Source of the DNA: Chitinophagales bacterium
GTDB lineage: Bacteria; Bacteroidota; Bacteroidia; Chitinophagales; Chitinophagaceae
Reading direction: 5' to 3'
Assembly: GCA_031424775.1 (NCBI GenBank)
Contig: JANPIB010000017.1
Span: 3,342-67,341 of the forward strand
Length of the DNA: 64,000 nucleotides
Shown: in pieces, positions 29,605 through 38,111 of the stretch
How positions within the stretch are numbered: position 1 is the stretch's first letter
Layout: each line of letters begins with the position of its first letter
Program-made: the position numbers and the translations under genes
The notes under the pieces: model-generated
What the model was told of the DNA's origin: nothing
The model's input: only the letters and a program-made list of their open reading frames with translations
Database searches by the model: none

Positions 29605-31158
29605 ATGACAATGCTTAGTGGTTTAAGAAATTTCACTCTTTTATGTGCTGCTGCAGCTACTTTCTCTTCTTGTAGCCTATTTAAGAAAAAGGCTGAGAAG
29701 TCTTCAGCAACAGGCTGGAACTACAACGACAAAAACCAGGGAGGATTCTTCGTTGCCAAAGCTTCTGATCTTAAGACCGGTCCAGGACTGGTTTTCGTTC
29801 AGGGTGGTACTTTTCCAATGGGTGCAAAGCAAGAAGATGTAATGGGAGATTGGAATAACGTTCCTCGTCGTGTTACCGTAAACTCTTTCCTGATCGATAA
29901 AACCGAAGTAGCAAACGTTCATTATCGTGAATATTTGTACTGGGTAGATAATGTCTTTGGACAAGCAGGTATGCAAAACGTGGTTGACATGGCTAAGCCT
30001 GATAGCTTAGTTTGGAGAAGTGAGTTGGCTTACAACGAGCCTTACGTAGAATACTATTTCCGTCATCCATCTTTCAACTATTATCCGGTTGTAGGTGTTA
30101 CCTGGAGGCAAGCTCACGACTTCTGCGTTTGGAGAGGTGATCGTGTTAACCAGATGGAACTTATTAGAAAGGGCTACCAGAACAAGACAGTTGTTAAGAC
30201 TGAAATGGGTGGGGGTGGACAGGAAAACTTCAATACGAAAGCTTACTTAATGGGTGAGTATCAAGGAGTTCCTGGCAAACCAAAGAAAAATCCTTTGAAA
30301 GATGCTCAGGGTAAACCAAGAAATACCGTTCGTTTTGATGATGGTATTCTTTTACCTGATTACCGTTTACCAACTGAAGCTGAGTGGGAATATGCCGCTC
30401 TAGGTCAGATCGCTGAAAACCCACAACCTCGTAAAAGCGAGAAAAAACGTGGTGAGGAAGTGATCGCCAATCAAAATATTTATGCCTGGAAGAACGATGG
30501 ATATGACAATCTGCGTGGTACACGTCGTGGTACCTGGCAGGGTGCTTTCCTTGCAAACTTCAAACGTGGAAATGGTGACTATATGGGTGTTGCCGGTGGT
30601 TTGAACGACCGTGCAGCTTATACAGCCCCGGTTACTTCATTTATTCCAAATGCGTTTGGTGTATACAACATGAGTGGCAACGTAAGTGAGTGGGTTGCTG
30701 ATGTGTACAGACCCATGACAAACTTTGATGAAGATGATCTGAACCCGTATCGTGGTAACGTGTTCTCTAAAGTTGATCCTGATAAACCTGAAGGCGAAAG
30801 AAGAGATAGTCTTGGACGTATTATCATGGTTCGTGAGAATGATAAAGACCTTAGAAACCGTAGAAACTACCAACGTAGCTATGCTGTAAACCATCTTGAT
30901 GGTGATACCGCTACTGCTGTAAAATATGTTTACCAGTACGGAATTACCACATTAATTTCTGATAAATCAAGAGTAGTAAAAGGTGGTAGCTGGATGGATC
31001 TTCCATATTGGATGAGCGCTGGAACAAGAAGATTCCTTGAAGAAGAGGTTGCAAGTAGTACAATTGGTTTCCGTTGTGCTATGACACACTTCGGAGCTTC
31101 TGAAGGTAAAGGCAGGAAGACAGGCAACTTCTTCCCAGCCAGAAGACAAAAGAGATAA
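29605..31158 (+). CDS. gldJ: Gliding motility / T9SS lipoprotein GldJ (FGE-sulfatase-like fold)
   Basis: Lipobox FSSCS, SATGWNYNDKNQGGF and later VVKGGSW...FRCA. It is followed by murF, as in described gldJ loci. Confidence 0.85.
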   Translation: MTMLSGLRNFTLLCAAAATFSSCSLFKKKAEKSSATGWNYNDKNQGGFFVAKASDLKTGPGLVFVQGGTFPMGAKQEDVMGDWNNVPRRVTVNSFLIDKTEVANVHYREYLYWVDNVFGQAGMQNVVDMAKPDSLVWRSELAYNEPYVEYYFRHPSFNYYPVVGVTWRQAHDFCVWRGDRVNQMELIRKGYQNKTVVKTEMGGGGQENFNTKAYLMGEYQGVPGKPKKNPLKDAQGKPRNTVRFDDGILLPDYRLPTEAEWEYAALGQIAENPQPRKSEKKRGEEVIANQNIYAWKNDGYDNLRGTRRGTWQGAFLANFKRGNGDYMGVAGGLNDRAAYTAPVTSFIPNAFGVYNMSGNVSEWVADVYRPMTNFDEDDLNPYRGNVFSKVDPDKPEGERRDSLGRIIMVRENDKDLRNRRNYQRSYAVNHLDGDTATAVKYVYQYGITTLISDKSRVVKGGSWMDLPYWMSAGTRRFLEEEVASSTIGFRCAMTHFGASEGKGRKTGNFFPARRQKR

Positions 31159-31182
31159 GGAAAAGGTAAATACAGCAAAAAG

Positions 31183-31210
31183 GCCATCTGAGAAATTAGA
31201 TGGCTTTTTT
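31183..31210 (+). terminator. Rho-independent terminator after gldJ
   Basis: GCCATCT-gagaaatt-AGATGGC followed by T6. Confidence 0.75.
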
Positions 31211-31290
31211 CATTGTATTGATCGAATCTTTAGCTAAGGTTGGTAAAACAATGCTTAATATCTTTTTTTATACCGGCTTTAGTAACTCCG

Positions 31291-31322
31291 ATTGAATTTC
31301 GTTGCGTCGCAATCCTTTCATC
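31291..31322 (-). repeat. Intergenic motif family, copy 6
   Basis: The rc reads GATGAAAGGATTGCGACGCAACGAAATTCAAT. It lies between gldJ and murF, antisense to murF. Confidence 0.5.
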
Positions 31323-31367
31323 GTTCAGAATACATATCATCTGAACTCGTGTCCTTAAATTCGTGTA

Positions 31368-32660
31368 ATGAACATTGAACACCTTTACCAAATATATCTG
31401 CACCACCCTTCTGTTCAGACTGACACTCGTAAGCTGAAAGAAGGCGACATCTTTTTTGCTTTAAAAGGTCCAAACTTCAATGGCAACCAATTCGCTTTAC
31501 AAGCGCTGCAATCCGGAGCTGCCTATGCCGTAATAGATGAACAAGTTGATCCATCAAACGACAGGTTGATAATGGTTGAAGATGCACTTACAGCATTGCA
31601 GAAGTTGGCTAAGCATCATCGGAAGCAGTTTAATATTCCCTTTATCGCCATCACTGGCAGCAACGGAAAAACCACAACAAAAGAACTGGTTAGTACCGTA
31701 CTGTCTTCTCACTATAAAACTTATACTACACATGGCAACCTGAACAATCACATCGGCATTCCGATTACAGTTCTTAGCGTTAAAAAAGATGCTGAAATGG
31801 CTGTAATAGAAATGGGAGCCAATCACCAGGGTGAAATTGCCTCTTACTGCCAGTACGTTTTACCTACTCATGGCATTATCACTAATTGTGGTAAAGCTCA
31901 CCTCGAAGGTTTTGGAGGGATAGAAGGTGTTAGAAAGGGTAAAGGAGAATTGTTTGATTATCTCAGGGGAAATAATGGAGCTGCTTTTATCTTTTCTGAT
32001 TATGACTACTTGCATGATATGAGTAAAGGCATTGGATCGTTATTCCCATACGGAACAAATGAAGGTACTGTAACAGGAGAAGTTATTACCAGTGAGCCTT
32101 TCCTGAATATCAAGTTAACGAAAGGCACAGAACTACAGCAATTGAATACACATTTAGTGGGTGAATACAACCTGCCGAATGTTTTATGTGCTGTTGCCAT
32201 TGGTAAATACTTCACTGTGCCGGATAAAAAGATCAAAGCTGCAATTGAGAGTTATGTTCCATCTAACAGCAGGTCTCAGATGATCGAAAGAGAAAGCAAC
32301 CAGATTATTTTAGATGCTTACAATGCAAACCCCAGCAGTATGAAAGCTGCTATTGAAAATCTAGCTAAGATCAAAGCAGAGAACAAAGTGCTAATGCTTG
32401 GAGCTATGATGGAACTGGGTGATGAAAGTAATGCAGAGCATCAGGCTATCGTTGACCTGATCAAAAAATACAATTGGAAAGCTGTAGTTCTGGTTGGTGG
32501 AGATTATGCAAAAGTGCAGCACCCGTTTATTTATCTGTCCTCTTCTATTGAAGCAAGGCATTGGTATCAAAACCAGCAGTTCAGCAATGCATATATACTT
32601 ATCAAAGGCTCCCGGAGCATGAAAATGGAGACTGTTCTGGAGGCTTCCACAGCTGCATAA
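31368..32660 (+). CDS. murF: UDP-N-acetylmuramoyl-tripeptide--D-alanyl-D-alanine ligase
   Basis: ITGSNGKTTTKE P-loop and DAYNANPSSM, giving Mur ligase architecture. Confidence 0.93.
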   Translation: MNIEHLYQIYLHHPSVQTDTRKLKEGDIFFALKGPNFNGNQFALQALQSGAAYAVIDEQVDPSNDRLIMVEDALTALQKLAKHHRKQFNIPFIAITGSNGKTTTKELVSTVLSSHYKTYTTHGNLNNHIGIPITVLSVKKDAEMAVIEMGANHQGEIASYCQYVLPTHGIITNCGKAHLEGFGGIEGVRKGKGELFDYLRGNNGAAFIFSDYDYLHDMSKGIGSLFPYGTNEGTVTGEVITSEPFLNIKLTKGTELQQLNTHLVGEYNLPNVLCAVAIGKYFTVPDKKIKAAIESYVPSNSRSQMIERESNQIILDAYNANPSSMKAAIENLAKIKAENKVLMLGAMMELGDESNAEHQAIVDLIKKYNWKAVVLVGGDYAKVQHPFIYLSSSIEARHWYQNQQFSNAYILIKGSRSMKMETVLEASTAA

Positions 32661-32669
32661 TAAACAGAA

Positions 32670-32705
32670 CGTACAAGTGTGACATCCCGAAGTAGCGGGA
32701 TTTCG
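32670..32705 (+). repeat. Intergenic motif family, copy 7 (divergent), overlapping a 6-bp hairpin
   Basis: CGTACAAGTGTGACATCCCGAAGTAGCGGGAT. ATCCCG (32684-32689) pairs with CGGGAT (32696-32701). Confidence 0.4.
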
Positions 32706-32727
32706 CTTCGCTCAACAATGAACTAAT

Positions 32728-32760
32728 TGTACAAGAGTGCGACGCAAGTAAAGCTAATAG
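32728..32760 (+). repeat. Intergenic motif family, copy 8
   Basis: TGTACAAGAGTGCGACGCAAGTAAAGCTAATAG, about 100 nt upstream of trxA. Confidence 0.5.
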
Positions 32761-32842
32761 TAGCACAGTCCCCTGCTTCAAATTACTTATTGCCGCTTGT
32801 ACCATACGGAACGTAAATTGATGCATAAAAAGAAAATTTGTT

Positions 32843-33157
32843 ATGGAACCAAGCAGTAAAGAAACATTCAAAGATGTGATCAATGGAGACATCCCAGTAC
32901 TGGTTGATTTTTTTGCTGAATGGTGTGGTCCATGTAAAATGATGACTCCTATCCTGCACCAGTTGAGAGATAAAATGCAGGATGACGTTCGAATTCTCAA
33001 GCTTGATGTAGACAAAAACCCTGCAATGGCTGAGGCTTTCCAGGTACAGGGTGTCCCTACTTTGATCTTGTTTCACAAAGGCAAAATTGTTTGGCGACAG
33101 AGTGGTGTGCTACAGGCAAGCGCTTTGGAGAATATCATCAGGCAGCACACTACATAG
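32843..33157 (+). CDS. trxA: Thioredoxin
   Basis: 104 aa with the WCGPCK active site. Confidence 0.93.
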   Translation: MEPSSKETFKDVINGDIPVLVDFFAEWCGPCKMMTPILHQLRDKMQDDVRILKLDVDKNPAMAEAFQVQGVPTLILFHKGKIVWRQSGVLQASALENIIRQHTT

Positions 33158-33186
33158 GTGTAACTTTGCCGTCTAAACTTGTATGT

Positions 33187-33630
33187 GTGATAGGTTATTT
33201 ATCTACGGTGCTGCGGAACAAATGTCCACGTTGCAGGAAGGGAAACCTCTTTGTTACACAAAATCCTTACGACCTTAAGCAAAACATGAAAATGAATGAG
33301 CGTTGTCCGGTTTGTGATCAACGTACTGAATTGGAAGTAGGATTTTATTATGGAACAAGTTATGTGAGCTATGCTATCGGTGTACTTTTTTCAGGACTTA
33401 GTTTCATATTATGGTGGATGCTTATTGGATTTTCATTGAAAGAAGATGACTACAATATCTACTACTGGCTTGCTGTAAACGCTGTTCTTTTAATCGTATT
33501 ACAACCAGTTTTTATGAGGCTCTCCCGAAGCCTGTGGCTCAGCTGGTTTTTAAGACATGATCGTGACTGGAAAGAACACAATGCGATGGAGCCTGAAAGA
33601 ATCGTGGAAGAACACATGAAGAACTGGTAG
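33187..33630 (+). CDS. DUF983-like small membrane protein with a zinc-ribbon N-terminus
   Basis: CPRC...CPVC followed by TM helices. The track ORF overlaps trxA, so the in-frame GTG at 33187 was chosen. The start is uncertain. Confidence 0.6.
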   Translation: MIGYLSTVLRNKCPRCRKGNLFVTQNPYDLKQNMKMNERCPVCDQRTELEVGFYYGTSYVSYAIGVLFSGLSFILWWMLIGFSLKEDDYNIYYWLAVNAVLLIVLQPVFMRLSRSLWLSWFLRHDRDWKEHNAMEPERIVEEHMKNW

Positions 33631-33684
33631 CCCCTATCCCCCTGAAGGGGAGTTAAAAACGCTTACATTTGCCGTCCTTTAATT

Positions 33685-33771
33685 GGAGAGTTGTCCGAGT
33701 GGTTGAAGGAGCACGCCTGGAAAGTGTGTATACGGGAAACTGTATCAAGGGTTCGAATCCCTTACTCTCCG
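33685..33771 (+). tRNA. tRNA-Ser (anticodon GGA), type II with a long variable arm
   Basis: Acceptor stem GGAGAGT/ACTCTCC. Anticodon stem CACGC/GTGTG with loop CTGGAAA. T-arm AAGGG-TTCGAAT-CCCTT. CCA is not encoded. Confidence 0.9.
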
Positions 33772-34168
33772 CAGAACTTCATGTATAACCTTGTAATCAG
33801 TAATGGTGTGGCCAGCAATGATCCTCCAAGCTGCGGCAATGCCAATATTCCTGTTTTTTTAAAGAACGTTGGTGTAGGGTTCTTCATTCTTTTTTTTATA
33901 ATCATGATTTTTTTCAATAGCTCTCCTCACCCTTCGAGAACCTCAGGAGGACATTATGCTTATGGATACGACTTCTTTTATGAACGGGGTTTCATAAAAC
34001 TGTTCAACGGTTATGTCATGTTTGTCTGAAGTATCGTCTTGTTCTTTATTCCCAAATAGTTTTTTTGAAGAAATTCATGATGTAAGACCGATTTAGCTGA
34101 GATTAAAGCGAAGCTAATTAATTCTTCAGTATTTAACCCAATTCATGGATAGACCAAAATACCAGTGC

Positions 34169-34468
34169 TTACCTGATCAATTGCACACAACCTGAAACCG
34201 GCTTTTGTCCGTGAACTTTTGTATTTATTACATAATAGTACGTTCCAACGGCTGCAGGGGATCCGTTTATTTTACCATCCATAGGTGTGTTGCTGGTGGT
34301 TCTGAATACAATAGCTCCTCTCCTGGCATACACCTCGACAACTACTCCGGGATAGCTTGACAGATCAGCTACCTGCCCTGTATCGTTGATGCCATCACCT
34401 AAGGTGAAAAAGCCGAGACGGCTACCACGTTTTTCACTAAGCAATGGAAGTACTACCAAGATCAACAT
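34169..34468 (-). pseudogene. Orphan T9SS type-B C-terminal sorting domain (CTD-only mini-ORF, probable gene remnant)
   Basis: The 99-aa ORF matches the gliding-motility CTD pattern (GDGIND...VYARRGAIVF...DGKINGSPAAVGTYYYVI...GCVQLIR). It has no passenger domain. Only 15 nt separate it from the divergent GT gene. Confidence 0.55.
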
Positions 34469-34483
34469 TACCTAACTTCAATT

Positions 34484-35176
34484 ATGAGTATTAGTATTAT
34501 CATACCTACACTGAATGAAGCAGATACGATAGTACCGATCATTCACTACCTAAAGCAAAACAGTGGATCAATATTAAAAGAAATAATTGTAAGCGATGGG
34601 GGCAGCCAGGACAACACTCTGCAACTTGCGACAAATGCCGGTGCTAACGCATACCTATCTTCGAAAAAAGGCAGAGCAGGTCAGATGAACCATGGTGCCC
34701 GTATAGCTAGTGGAGAAATTCTGTATTTTGTTCATGCAGACACGTTTCCACCGGTATCGTATGCTACTAATATAGTCACAGCGGTGCAAAATGGCTTTAG
34801 TTGTGGAAGGTTTAGAACAGAATTCAATAAGAGGAGTCTTCTGCTTCGCTTAAATGCGTTTTTTACAAGGTTTGACCTTTTTGTTTGTTATGGTGGTGAT
34901 CAAACCTTCTTCATCACAAGTGAACTATTTAATCGAATAAATGGATTTAAAGAAGATATGCTAATCATGGAGGACTATGATATTACCGTCAGAGCAAAAG
35001 CGTACGGTCGCTATAAGATCTTTTCTGATTCTGCTCTAATTTCAGCCCGGAAATACGAAACGAACAGCTGGTTCCAAGTACAAAAAGCGAATTACACCAT
35101 CGTGCAGATGTTTAAAAAGGGTGCCAGTCAACAAGAGATGGTTCAGAAGTACAAGGAACTACTGAACTACCGCTAA
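34484..35176 (+). CDS. GT2 glycosyltransferase, TIGR04283-type (rSAM/selenodomain-associated transferase 2; 'arsenosugar biosynthesis' family)
   Basis: SIIIPTLNEA, VSDGGSQDNT, ILYFVHADT and GGDQTFF blocks, in genomic context with ArsS and TIGR04282. Confidence 0.75.
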   Translation: MSISIIIPTLNEADTIVPIIHYLKQNSGSILKEIIVSDGGSQDNTLQLATNAGANAYLSSKKGRAGQMNHGARIASGEILYFVHADTFPPVSYATNIVTAVQNGFSCGRFRTEFNKRSLLLRLNAFFTRFDLFVCYGGDQTFFITSELFNRINGFKEDMLIMEDYDITVRAKAYGRYKIFSDSALISARKYETNSWFQVQKANYTIVQMFKKGASQQEMVQKYKELLNYR

Positions 35177-35230
35177 ACAAAACAACCTTATACATATTTT
35201 CGCCGTATGTTCATGTAGAACCTTGTTATC

Positions 35231-36283
35231 ATGCAGCAATTTATAACAGGAATACAGCAGGCTGGCATTGGAGTAACCAACGCAGAGGACGCTTTGTTAT
35301 TATATAAGCAAATGTTTTGCATGGATGTGCTCATTTTCGACGATAAAGCCGAAGCATTATTAATGATGAGATACACAGGGGAAAAGGTGCATAGCAGAAG
35401 AGCAATCTTATCAATGAACCTGAATGGAGGTGGAGGTTTTGAAATATGGCAGTTCATCAGCCGCACCGGAAGTAAACCCATTCAAAAACCGGCGCTTGGC
35501 GATCTAGGGATTTTTGCTGTGAAAATAAAAACGAAAAACGTGTGTGCAGCACATGAATTTTTATCAACTGATTCGTCACTACATATTTCTCCCATTTATG
35601 ACAGCCCTGATGACAGAAAGCATTTCTGGGTTACAGATATTTACGGAAACACATTCAATGTTGTTGAAGGTGATGAATGGTTTAAAACGGGCAAAATTTG
35701 TGGTGGAGTTGTTGGTGCAGTAATTGGTGTAAGCAACATGAAGAAAGCACTTCATTTTTATAAAAATACACTCGGGATAAATGAAGTAATCTATTCAGGT
35801 ACCGCATCCATGGAAGATGTACCTGATGAGGCTTTAAGAGGTCAGCAGTTTCAAAGGGTGCTGTTAAAGAAGCCACTGGCAAACAAAGGAGCCTTTAGTC
35901 AGCTTTTTGGATCAATACAAATAGAACTGATTGAAGCAAAAGACAGAACACCCCAAAAGATTTTTGCTAACCGTTATTGGGGTGATTGCGGTTTTATTCA
36001 TCTATGCTTCGATGTACTGAACATGGATGATTTGAAATCAGCTTGTCATTCCTCAGGTTATCAATTTACAGTGGATAGTGCTGATTCATTCAGCATGGGA
36101 AAGAGTGCAGGAAGATTTTGCTATGTAGAAGATCCAGACGGTACATTGATTGAGCTTGTTGAAACACATAAGGTTCCTATCCTTAAAAAGCTTGGTATAT
36201 ATCTAAACCTAAAGAAAAGAAAAGATCAAAAACCATTACCTACATGGATGATCAGTTTGCTAGGATTAAACAAGGTTCGCTAA
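35231..36283 (+). CDS. VOC (glyoxalase/bleomycin-resistance/dioxygenase) superfamily protein, tandem domains
   Basis: 350 aa with two repeats of a VOC-like module. Its 3' end overlaps the convergent acyltransferase by 4 nt. Confidence 0.65.
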   Translation: MQQFITGIQQAGIGVTNAEDALLLYKQMFCMDVLIFDDKAEALLMMRYTGEKVHSRRAILSMNLNGGGGFEIWQFISRTGSKPIQKPALGDLGIFAVKIKTKNVCAAHEFLSTDSSLHISPIYDSPDDRKHFWVTDIYGNTFNVVEGDEWFKTGKICGGVVGAVIGVSNMKKALHFYKNTLGINEVIYSGTASMEDVPDEALRGQQFQRVLLKKPLANKGAFSQLFGSIQIELIEAKDRTPQKIFANRYWGDCGFIHLCFDVLNMDDLKSACHSSGYQFTVDSADSFSMGKSAGRFCYVEDPDGTLIELVETHKVPILKKLGIYLNLKKRKDQKPLPTWMISLLGLNKVR

Positions 36284-37410
36284 ATGATATTTTCAAATGT
36301 TTTCTTTGCTTTACCATCTAGCTTCATCAAATTGGTAAAGCTTTGTAGCTCAATCTTCCAATAAATAGTTACCCATGCCAACAATGGTAGCAACACCCCA
36401 ATGATTCTTACAACCCAATCACCAGTTAAGTTCCAAAAAAATATATTCAATAGAATGAAATACAAAGGATAACAGATCAGCAACATTCCAAAAAGTACAC
36501 TGTCAAAAAACACAGTGCCTTTTGTTTTTTTCCTGATCAATAGCTTAAGTGGATAATATAATGGTGAATGTAATGCTGCACCTAAAACCGCAGGTACAGT
36601 TAAAACGATCAGGGTAAGAAGTGAGAAGGCAAATTTGCCGCAAATGTAATATGGAGCTGACAACTGTTCAGAGTTCACTATCAACTTAGCATTTGCAAGA
36701 TACTGTGTTAACTTTCTGGCATCCCATTCAGGGTGATTACTAATCAACATTTGAACCGCCTTATCATTTCCCTTGCTTTCAATCATTCCATTACTTAAAC
36801 TGCTTGAAAGCTTTTGGTTGAACTGCTGATAGATCTCACCATTGCTCTTTGTCCAACTTAAATCGGAATCAATGATTGCTTGGTCAAAATGAATTACCAC
36901 CGTTTTTCCAAAATAAGTAAATGAATTGTAGCTAATACTCACAGGTAATACCATGAACTTATCAGATATTTTGAGCTGCTGCCATGCATCAACAGCAATT
37001 CGGGCAGATCCTTTTTTTAGTGCTCTCAGCCTCCAATCATTTACACATAAACCTTCTGAGAAGATCAGGAGAATACCATTTTTTAGCAAAACATCTCTGC
37101 ATGCTTCAAAAGTGGCATCATTTAAAGCGAGATTTTCTTTGCCTTCGCTCAACCGATAAATCGGTATGACATTTAAGTACGTTAATATTTTTTTTGCCCA
37201 GGGCTTACGAAATGCATCACCTCTTGCAAGAAAATGAACGGGTTGATTAAATCTGCTGCCTATGATTACAGCATCTAGAAAAGAATTAGGATGATTGCAT
37301 GCTAATAACAACGGCCCCTTCCAATTTAATACAGCAGTGTCGTTCACATAAATCTTTCTGCAATACAAGTTGAGACCACATTTCACCAGTATTTTAAATA
37401 TGCCGTACAA
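36280..37410 (-). CDS. PlsC-type lysophospholipid/glycerol acyltransferase with a C-terminal membrane domain
   Basis: CNHPNSFLD (His/Asp acyltransferase motif) and FSEGL, with about 4 C-terminal TM helices. Confidence 0.75.
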   Translation of the reverse strand: MYGIFKILVKCGLNLYCRKIYVNDTAVLNWKGPLLLACNHPNSFLDAVIIGSRFNQPVHFLARGDAFRKPWAKKILTYLNVIPIYRLSEGKENLALNDATFEACRDVLLKNGILLIFSEGLCVNDWRLRALKKGSARIAVDAWQQLKISDKFMVLPVSISYNSFTYFGKTVVIHFDQAIIDSDLSWTKSNGEIYQQFNQKLSSSLSNGMIESKGNDKAVQMLISNHPEWDARKLTQYLANAKLIVNSEQLSAPYYICGKFAFSLLTLIVLTVPAVLGAALHSPLYYPLKLLIRKKTKGTVFFDSVLFGMLLICYPLYFILLNIFFWNLTGDWVVRIIGVLLPLLAWVTIYWKIELQSFTNLMKLDGKAKKTFENII

Positions 37411-37438
37411 GCAGAGATTTTACTTTTCAAAGTAATGA

Positions 37439-38041
37439 TTATATAGGAACCTGTTGCCGGTATTTTATCCAATCAGGTTCTGTGTCTATATCATGGAGCT
37501 CAGGTAAAAGTTCAAAGGAAAGATCAGAGAGTTTGATATCCGCAAGAGTGGAAGTGAATACAGAATTAGTACTCCATTCTTTATTCCGAAAAAGCTGAGG
37601 CGTGTACTTATTCATGCCAAGCAAATAATAACCCCCATCTGCTGAAGGGCCTATAACCACATCGCTTTGTTGTAAGTGGGAAAAAGCCATATCAATAATT
37701 TCAGCCGTAAGTTGCATACAATCGCTTCCAATAATACAGCAACGCTTATAACCTTTGTTAAATAGATCTTCGAAAGCAGCACTCATTTTGATTCCAAGTT
37801 CCCCTTCGTCTTGCTTCTGCTTTTTGTAAATGTTATTCTCCCATAGATCGTTAGTATTCACCTCATCAGCATACCAAAGAAATTTATCAGATAACAAATC
37901 TCTGGTGATGACATGGGTATGCTGCAACATTTTCATGTAAATATTTACAGCTTCCTGGTCTCCTACAGTTGCAGCCAATCTTGTTTTTACTTTTCCCGGT
38001 ATAGGGTTGCGTACGAAAATAATAAGAGCTTGTTTTGTCAT
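37439..38041 (-). CDS. TIGR04282-type (DUF2064) nucleotidyl/glycosyl-transferase-like protein ('arsenosugar biosynthesis' family)
   Basis: ALIIFVRNPIPGKVKTRLA N-terminus and DGGYYLLG motif. Confidence 0.8.
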   Translation of the reverse strand: MTKQALIIFVRNPIPGKVKTRLAATVGDQEAVNIYMKMLQHTHVITRDLLSDKFLWYADEVNTNDLWENNIYKKQKQDEGELGIKMSAAFEDLFNKGYKRCCIIGSDCMQLTAEIIDMAFSHLQQSDVVIGPSADGGYYLLGMNKYTPQLFRNKEWSTNSVFTSTLADIKLSDLSFELLPELHDIDTEPDWIKYRQQVPI

Positions 38042-38111
38042 TTTATTAAACGTATTCTATTACTTGCTAAAGCTTCTTCTTGGGTTGACAGCATCAAATA
38101 TACTTTTGCAT

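Noticed and set aside
8417-32760. The dispersed motif as a CRISPR array or tandem repeat
   Set aside because: Copies are kilobases apart, occur in both orientations, are degenerate and are separated by housekeeping genes. No cas genes are present.
32602-33015. 137-aa minus-strand ORF spanning the murF-trxA spacer
   Set aside because: It overlaps the murF 3' end, two repeat copies and the trxA 5' end in antisense, and its composition is junk-like.
33637-33651. TCCCC-ctgaa-GGGGA hairpin after the DUF983 gene as a terminator
   Set aside because: It has only a 5-bp stem and no T-run. I note it only as sequence-style kin of the rarA hairpin.
33691-34029. 112-aa plus-strand ORF
   Set aside because: It starts inside the tRNA-Ser gene (its [11 protein letters not shown] is simply translated tRNA sequence), and the remainder shows no coding signal.
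33685-34468. tRNA-Ser-associated genomic island or integrated element
   Set aside because: I found no integrase, no direct repeat of the tRNA 3' end and no phage or IS genes within the window. Only the CTD remnant and a non-coding gap are present.
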